From Basidiobolus ranarum (Eukaryota), in the NCBI GenBank assembly GCA_040143965.1, contig JASJQH010006895.1, positions 1 through 48,756 on the forward strand: a stretch of DNA of 48,756 bases. The letters run 5' to 3'. Shown piece by piece: positions 41,346-48,756 of the stretch. Made by a program: the position numbers and the translations under genes. Position 1 is the stretch's first letter. Each line of letters opens with the position of its first letter. Below the pieces are notes generated by a model. The model did no database searches. It was not told where the DNA came from and worked only from the letters and a program-made list of their open reading frames with translations.

Positions 41346-43742
41346 ATGTCGAACGGGAAAACCTCTAGCTATTTCCCTCCTCACCACGAGACACAGTCAA
41401 GGAATAGTCCTGCAAGTACCATAAGAAGTCCAATTCACTCTGTCAATTCCTATGATGATACGATTGTGGTTGAAGATGAGATCTATTGGGATGAGAAGTA
41501 TCAGCTTCCGCCTATTGAGAAGCCCATTACATCCCCTAAAGCCCAGAAGGTGTGGGTAGCAATCAACAGTGTAGTTGATTTCTTTTTTGTCAAGACATTT
41601 TTAAAGCCGTGCGGACTTGACACTAAAGAGAAGCGCGAGGCATGGCGCGAGAAGATCCGTTACTTCCGTATGATGGTACTCCTGGTACTGATCATGATCG
41701 CTCTACTATTCGTTCTCCCCTTCTTCATTTGTAAACAAACACAAGGAGTAGAAAAAGGAATACTTACGGTAAAGAAGCCCTACTGTATGTTCCTCGATGT
41801 AGTTTATATTATCTTCATGGCATGTGCGGTCGGAGTCATGATATTGAATGTGCTGGCCGCAATTATCGTTAACCGCTCCGGAAAGATCTATAGATCCCCT
41901 TTGGATCCCAAGGTGAAGCCGAAGAAGTTACTAGCCTTACATATTCCCTGCTATAGTGAGAGTGAAGAAGTCATCTTGAAGACGGTCAATTCAGTGGTTC
42001 AAAGTGAATATGACGATGAGGCCAAGCTATTATTCGTAGTAGCCGATGGGAATGTTACTGGTTCTGGAAATGGTAAATCTACCCCAAGAATTCTGGTTGA
42101 AGATATCTTCAAATGTGAAGGTCCTGGGCAGCCTTTAATGTATCAATCAGTTGGACATGGTGACGAACGACTAAATAAGGCATGCGTCTATACAGGATTC
42201 TATTCTCCGGAGAATGAACCTGAGAGAAAGATCAAATATCTCCTAGTCGTCAAAGTCGGTTTGGAGTCTGAGAAAGGTGCCGCAAAGCCAGGTAACCGAT
42301 CAAAACGTGACTCTCAGTTGATTGTGTATAATTTTTTCAGAGAAGCCAATGGATTCTTCCTTGATGATATTCTCGAGAAAATTGAAACTGAAGATCAAGA
42401 TCCATTTATGAATACTGCTTATGAATTCGATAGCTCAGTGAATTCATCACGAGTAAATGCCGAAATTGCCAGGACTAGTGCTTATATTCAAGACTTATCC
42501 CTATGGGGTTCGGGCCCTGGGAATGGATATAGTGTCACCTCTCTCTCCTCAGGCTTTGATTCTACCCCAGGAACACCCTCATCTGGAAGTTATTTCAGAC
42601 GTAAAAAAACTCGCTTCAGTTGCCCTATGTTTGCTGAAATGTACAGCTCGTTAAAGAGAGTTGGCTGTAATGCTAAAGATGTTGAATACGTTCTAGTGGC
42701 CGATGCTGACACTTACATTCGACCCAACGGTCTTGATATTCTGGTCCACGCGCTTGAAGAAGACCCCACTTTATCTGGTGTTTGCGGTGAAACGAAAGTA
42801 GAAAATCGTACCCAGAGTTATATCACAATGATTCAAGTGTTCGAATATTTCCTTACCCATTGCCTGCTTAAATCTTTCGAATCATTCTATGCGAATGTAT
42901 TGGTTCTCTCCGGTTGCTTTACAGTTTACAGACTTAAACGTCATACCAAGGATCCCGAAACTGGACAAGAAATCGTCAAGCCTGCAGTACTTGATCCCAG
43001 AATCATGAGAGATTACATGGCTGAGCCCAAGCTTATGAGAGAACATAACCTTCTCACAATTGGTGAAGATCGCTACTTGTGTACTTTAGTCATTCGCTAT
43101 CTGAATGATATGCGTACAAAATATATTCCGGCTGCCGTTTGTACAACTACAGTACCCGATACTCTCAGCGTTCTTCTTTGTCAGCGTAGAAGATGGACTA
43201 ACTCTCTGATTCATAATCATTTCGATCTATTCATGAATCCACCCAAATTCCCAACATTCAGAATGAGATTCTTTATGAACTTAGTGATGCTTTCTGAAAT
43301 CTGGTCTGCTGCTGCGATTCCTTTCTTCTTGCCTTTCGGCTTTATGATTGCTATCTACGGTTTCTGGACAAATCTTACCTGGCTTTCTCTCACCTTTACT
43401 CTCATTCTGTTCTGTCTTCCTGGGTTAATTGCTATACTAGCTGGACGTTATTCTCAAGTTGGCTGGTGGGTAGTATTTTTGGCCGGACTGCCGTTATGGG
43501 CAGTTGTAGTCCCATTGTACAGCTTATGGAAGATGGATGATTTCAGTTGGGGAAGTACTCGACCAACCAATGCTCCACCTGAGGAAAAAGAGGAGGTTAT
43601 TACAAAGGAGTTTGTGGCTATTGATGTCCCTGAACCAGCATATCACAGCAGCAGCGTATCAACATCCAATGCCAGCTACGCCACTACTTCCAGTGTAAGT
43701 TCTGCTGAAGCATCACCCACACATCGACCCTCTAATGTTTAG
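41346..43742 (+). CDS. Chitin synthase, division 2 (class IV/V-like catalytic core), intronless
   Basis: IPCYSE, KLLFVVADG..GSGN, KPGNRSKRDSQ, DADT, CGET, IQVFEY, LSGCF, GEDRYL, QRRRW and WKMDDFSWGSTR; N- and C-terminal transmembrane helices. Confidence 0.94.
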   Translation: MSNGKTSSYFPPHHETQSRNSPASTIRSPIHSVNSYDDTIVVEDEIYWDEKYQLPPIEKPITSPKAQKVWVAINSVVDFFFVKTFLKPCGLDTKEKREAWREKIRYFRMMVLLVLIMIALLFVLPFFICKQTQGVEKGILTVKKPYCMFLDVVYIIFMACAVGVMILNVLAAIIVNRSGKIYRSPLDPKVKPKKLLALHIPCYSESEEVILKTVNSVVQSEYDDEAKLLFVVADGNVTGSGNGKSTPRILVEDIFKCEGPGQPLMYQSVGHGDERLNKACVYTGFYSPENEPERKIKYLLVVKVGLESEKGAAKPGNRSKRDSQLIVYNFFREANGFFLDDILEKIETEDQDPFMNTAYEFDSSVNSSRVNAEIARTSAYIQDLSLWGSGPGNGYSVTSLSSGFDSTPGTPSSGSYFRRKKTRFSCPMFAEMYSSLKRVGCNAKDVEYVLVADADTYIRPNGLDILVHALEEDPTLSGVCGETKVENRTQSYITMIQVFEYFLTHCLLKSFESFYANVLVLSGCFTVYRLKRHTKDPETGQEIVKPAVLDPRIMRDYMAEPKLMREHNLLTIGEDRYLCTLVIRYLNDMRTKYIPAAVCTTTVPDTLSVLLCQRRRWTNSLIHNHFDLFMNPPKFPTFRMRFFMNLVMLSEIWSAAAIPFFLPFGFMIAIYGFWTNLTWLSLTFTLILFCLPGLIAILAGRYSQVGWWVVFLAGLPLWAVVVPLYSLWKMDDFSWGSTRPTNAPPEEKEEVITKEFVAIDVPEPAYHSSSVSTSNASYATTSSVSSAEASPTHRPSNV

Positions 43743-46700
43743 ATTCGGTTTAAAAAAACGGCGTCTCTTAGAGTCATTTACAAATATCACGTTTTACTTT
43801 CATTCATAATATTAGATATCATCATATCAGAAATATGCGAACCTCATTAGATTCGGACATGCATTTCAGATACCTTGTATAAAAACCCATTTTAGTCCAA
43901 TTTCTTATTTTATCCACGATGATTTATTACATAACCTAAATTCAATTGGCCCATAGAGCCAAGAGATCTCAATAAATATCCTCGGTCATGTACCATCCCG
44001 ATTTGTAATGTTCCTAAATTTTATTACTTAGGACAGCATATTGTTTCATGATAATATACCGCTTGTCCCGAACTGGATTGTAACTATTAGGGAAGAATAC
44101 AAAGCCATGTTCCCAAATCTACCCCAAGAGGTACGACCAATTAGTGGCTTAGCAAGTTTAGGCAATGTATTGCCTCCACCTAAGCGATTTCTCTACTGTG
44201 ATTAATTTTAATTCGTGTTTAGATGATAAACAGCATCGAGACTAATGAAAGATCATCTATTACCTGCTATTCATCTCTAGTTGGTGATCATTATCAGCGC
44301 CATGTCTACCTAAGCTGATTGTAGCCATTGGAAACAACAAGATCCAGTATTTTTGTTGCCTAACAATATAAGATAAGAGTATGATGTGTTCCAGAAGTTC
44401 CCTTTGTTTTAGTGCAATGGACAATGAGAAATCGGTCATCACAAAACCTCACACAATAAGCATAGTAACAGTTATAGTAACAATGGTTTTCTGAATGGGC
44501 TGATTCGTTCACTGTAACAGGCATTCCGATACGGCAGTCAATCTAAATTCAGCTTATGGCTTTCAATTTACAGTCTATACAACAGTCAGCAGTTGAGATC
44601 TGACATTGATAAGGTTAGGACGCATGCCAAACTGATTGGGGATATACATATATATATTGATCATGGTATATAACCTCTCGCCGCAGTGAATATGCGGAGT
44701 TGCTATTTTTAGCTCGTAAGACTATCACTGCAATGTACATTTTAGGTTATGGCATAGGAGGACGAATTCAACATGAACACTAAAAATGGTGAAACCGCTA
44801 AACAACAAATTACTACTGACATCTATATTTGTGGACTAATGAGATTGACCATTTCCTTTGTAATCATAAGATTTAGGTACATTATGGATAACTGACGTTT
44901 CAACTCCTCTTCAACCTATCACTATAGAAAAGATTCGAAAGCAATATGATAAGGCCAATCAAGATGCGTATGCGAAAAGTCGGGTCTTTCTTGGGATATG
45001 AAGCACGAGAGCATTATTTGACCCATCTCTTGAGTGCCTAGCATCACCTTGACAAATACCCATATTTGTTGGTCATCAAACCATACTCCTGATATTTTAT
45101 TTCACCAATAAAAACTGATATAGTGGGGACTTTATTTTCTGTAGTTCGATTGCGTGATTCCAGTCTACCCCAGATTCACTGCCCGATCCCAACCCTTTTG
45201 TTCCAAAATGCAGCGAGAGTTAACTCTGAATTTACTTTTTCTTGTCTAAGAGAAATCGACCAGACAGAGGATAAGCAGTGCTGAAGTGAAAACAGATGGT
45301 TCTTGACGTATTAGTATGATAAGCATCGTTATCTCAGTCAAAAACGTCATTATGAATACGTAGTCTTAGACCGTGTGAGGGGATTGTAAGTTTAATTGAG
45401 GACCTATTAATAGTGACCATATGCAGTCCGCCTAGTGTTTTGCTAACGTATGTTCTTCCTCTTACTGTCCGTCTGTTTCAAGGGGATTAATATATGAGCA
45501 ACGCCAACGATGATTCTACTAGACGCCAACTTTTTAGTAAAGATCAGAAGAAACTCACTTAGAGGTTTTTCTATTCATAGTTCGTACCAAATAGCACGCT
45601 CTTTCAGCATTCTAGAGCCACGAGTTTCTAACTTTAGTCACTGAAATGGATATAGTGAGCTTTATGGCACATTCCAAGTTACACAAGCTAACCGATAAAC
45701 CTGACTCCATCAAAATCTCCTCGTTTCTTTTTTGAATTTTCTTCGATAATTGAGGAAATTGCCAACACGAATTATGAATGGATATGGAATGAGAATGGCC
45801 AATCGTGATTTCATAGGATCAGATGTCAGAAGGAAATTCCTTATTTAGCAAGACTAATGGCCAAAGTTGCAACCAGATCAATCGAGGATATTCCCAAAGA
45901 TATCAATCGGTGTTCCGAATACTCTATGTGATATTTAACAATCAATCAATCAATACTCCGTTGCCAGCGAAACAATTCATCCGTGTAACAATTGATTTCA
46001 ATTATGGCCTATCTAATCCTGTTTCGCAACCAGATACGTAAATTTCGCAGTATCGTTTGTGTTTGAGGTAATAAGATACATCTTTGTGATATCAATGCCA
46101 GGTACACTGGATTCTCAGTCCAGAGTGTTCTCTCAACGAGTTAATTCAAGGTACGCCGCGGAAGCTACATCTTTTAGCTCCATGAATATCGTGATGCTTG
46201 CTATACAATATGATGAGCTTATGACATCGAGTGCTTAATGAATATAGAAATTACATTGTTCACTGTTTCTAACCATTATACATCTATACTGGATTTAAAC
46301 CCGCCTCAGTGATTGTGTCAGTGCATCTTGTTCTCGTGGATATGATGGCCAGCGGTAAGACTACAGTGTAGATATATACTTGTTTTAGTCTAATAATGTA
46401 CTACGGCCATTTGATTATGAGATAAAACATGGAGTTATCACTGCATTCGTTAGCGAGGGAAATTTAATTGCTTTAGTACTAAGTACCGAGCGTGGTATAG
46501 TTACCAAATATCTTGTATCGACAGTAACTTGCCTGTTTGTATTCCAGGGCAGGGCTCGTCTATAGATGGGGTTTCCTGTGAATATTTAGCCTCAACTAAA
46601 CATCCAAATTCAATAAAATCCTAGTTATTTTATGGAATATCTTGGACTTTTCCATATTCTCGATAATTGGGCCCCATGTCCAAAATAGTACTAGAGCTGT

Positions 46701-47053
46701 GAGAAAAGTAGTCTAATGGTATCTTTGTCCAATTCATTTATGTTATCAGTGTCAACGTAATATCACCCCATGAAATTTCGTATGCTTCGACATTGCTTTG
46801 CCGCTTGGAAACTATTCCCTATGCCCAAGGTCATGGTTGATTTCCACCCAGCCTTGTGAGAATGGTTGGGGTTAGTACATTCTTCCACATTATTTATCAC
46901 AAGCTTTACAGTTTAAGATCATTTATATACTTATGTCCTTATTCACTTGTAAACGTCCTATTCTGTGGAAGTTAATTTTTAAGTTTCTGATTAAAGTGTG
47001 CAGAGCAAAAAAGAAAGTGGCACTAATGGGATGAATCCTTTTAAACTTTTCAA

Positions 47054-47705
47054 TGTTGAAATTAGCATTGCCTAAATACCTATATAGTCATATATAGCTT
47101 GGTATTTAGTTACTCCATATTGAACTAAGATATCACCCACTATTCTCTATCGGAATTTACTTGAATTATTTTTTTTACCAACTTACATGTTCTCAGATAT
47201 ATAGATTTTTCAAATTTATGCTAGAAGCTTCGAACTTTGCCCACATGTTCCTGGGATCTTCATTGACATATTCTGCACGTTTGTTTGATGACCATTTGAC
47301 AAAACTATAAATGTCAACTTTCTACTCAATAAATCTGTAAGTGAAATCCACCAACTCTTCTAGTTCTCCAAGCCTCTTCCAACAAGCTCCCAAAATCCTT
47401 TAACAATTAGATCCTAAAGGATTATTTTCTCAAAAAATAATTCAGAACTTATTATTTGGAGACTTCTTGGCAGTTTACAGAATATTTTATTGTAGAGTAA
47501 ATTTCTTGCCTTAAACTTGTTGAGGGATTTTGGAAGTTTTTGGAAGTGATTTGGAGAACTAGAAGAATTGGTGAATTTCTAAATGGATATATTTTCAAAC
47601 TTCCAAATAAATTCCTCTTGAGGTAATATCTTAGTTCTATATGGAATAACTAAATATTACGCTATATATGACTATATAGATGCTTAGGCTATGTTGATTT
47701 TAACA
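47054..47705. mobile_element. MITE-like element bounded by about 80-bp inverted repeats, same family as 37282-37423
   Basis: 47054-47133 versus the reverse complement of 47626-47705 gives 12 mismatches in 80 by manual alignment; TGTT...AACA ends; no coding capacity. Confidence 0.75.
47343..47579. repeat. Nested second inverted repeat (about 64-bp arms)
   Basis: GAAATCCACCAACTCTTCTAGTTCTCCAA... (47343-47406) pairs imperfectly with ...TTGGAGAACTAGAAGAATTGGTGAATTTC (47516-47579). Confidence 0.75.
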
Positions 47706-47949
47706 AAACTTCTCGGAATTAATAAAAATATACATGATGGCGCAGATTTTCAAAAGTAAAATGATCAGAGAACATATAGAGCAGATACCTCAAGAAATAA
47801 TTTACCATGACTATTCATTCCACTACCCTACATTTACTATTACAACATGTAGTAGCAGTCAAAATTGCTGAATTATTATTGCAAACCACGACTGGTAACA
47901 CTACTCAATATATCAAATCCAGGGTTAACAGTTGCTCTAACACTCTTCC

Positions 47950-48756
47950 TTATTGATCAATGTGGATTTTGGTCTCCTCCAATTCCACTCTCTGATTAGT
48001 AGGTGGTTGAGGTGCCTGAATATTGGGCTGGTATGATGGGTGTCTATGCCAATCCTCCATAACAGAGTTGAGGGCGTCCCGGATGCTCAGGTGAAGGTAC
48101 CGATGATCATCTTCTGGTCCATCGTCAGGGTGCTTAGTAATGCCAGAGGGTTCGATACGTCTCAGCACATTTGACTTGAGCCCAACAAAGTGCAGCTCAA
48201 AGCTTCTGTTTCCTGCATAGTCACTCAGCTGTGCCTTTAGGTCCAGTAGCCATTGCAAGCCAGCATAATCAACATGATTCACACTACTAAAATCCAAAAC
48301 CGCAGCTCGGAGGACTGGGAATCTAGTCTCCTTTACCTTCTTTTCATCAATCTCTCTCTCTTCGATCAGATGGGTGTTGAGGTCACTACCATGTGGTTTA
48401 TCCAGTTCTTCATTTTTTCGTGGGAATGCGTTAAGTGGCAACCTGGGGATGAAGAAGTCTCGTATACGTTGGATACGTGCATCCCTATCGTCAGACCAGT
48501 TCTTGTCAGCCCATGTCCTATTCGACCCTTCAGCTGGATCGGTGGTCAAGTATGCGGCATTAAGCACCTTGTTCTTGAAGTATTCACCATTCAGAAAGGT
48601 GATTGACTCGGAAAAGCGGAAGATCACTACACCAGGAGGTGCTGGGTATGTGGCCCAATCACAAGACCACCTATCAACATATATGTCCGGATCATCTACT
48701 GCTTGGCCTAGGATTTGCCATTTGGGTCGGGCAATACGGTGTAGACTGATGATCAA
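47950..48756 (-). CDS. SulP/SLC26 sulfate permease, C-terminal STAS region (5' truncated by the window)
   Basis: LHRIARP...LG, PPPGVVIFRFSESITFLN and LRAAVLDFSSVNHVD.AGLQ.LLD...YAG...ELHF are typical of fungal Sul1-like proteins. Confidence 0.88.
   Translation of the reverse strand: MIISLHRIARPKWQILGQAVDDPDIYVDRWSCDWATYPAPPGVVIFRFSESITFLNGEYFKNKVLNAAYLTTDPAEGSNRTWADKNWSDDRDARIQRIRDFFIPRLPLNAFPRKNEELDKPHGSDLNTHLIEEREIDEKKVKETRFPVLRAAVLDFSSVNHVDYAGLQWLLDLKAQLSDYAGNRSFELHFVGLKSNVLRRIEPSGITKHPDDGPEDDHRYLHLSIRDALNSVMEDWHRHPSYQPNIQAPQPPTNQRVELEETKIHIDQ

Noticed and set aside
43800..47000. 3.2-kb spacer with short ORFs and an FLGY tetrapeptide near 44985
   Set aside because: No collinear retroelement motifs or RNA-gene signature could be supported by eye.

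Overview
This is eukaryotic, AT-rich fungal nuclear DNA with many short (about 55-100 nt) GT-AG introns. Gene style suggests an early-diverging fungus (Zoopagomycota/Mucoromycota-like, e.g. Basidiobolus); this is an inference only. Bases 1-36,500 form a dense housekeeping block: mitochondrial EF-Tu (partial), adenylate kinase, Cbp3, complex I NUXM subunit, Cdc50/Lem3, a forkhead factor, kexin A, MCM7, MCM2, proteasome alpha5, a divergent Luc7, a short KDM5/JARID1, an INPP5E-like inositol 5-phosphatase ending in a CaaX box, Tim54, Rpl22, a PPR protein and an inverted kexin paralog B. Bases 36,500-48,756 are gene-poor, with a MITE-like inverted-repeat family, a decayed Tc1/mariner transposase, a 12-bp minisatellite, an intronless minimal division-2 chitin synthase and the 3' end of a SulP sulfate permease. 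I see no clear-cut novel multi-gene system. The best leads are a candidate structured RNA at about 2180-2415, the tandem MCM7-MCM2 pair with a shared upstream 12-mer, the minimal chitin synthase, the CaaX-bearing 5-phosphatase, the kexin pair and the nested MITE family. Exon boundaries were inferred by eye and no database searches were run.
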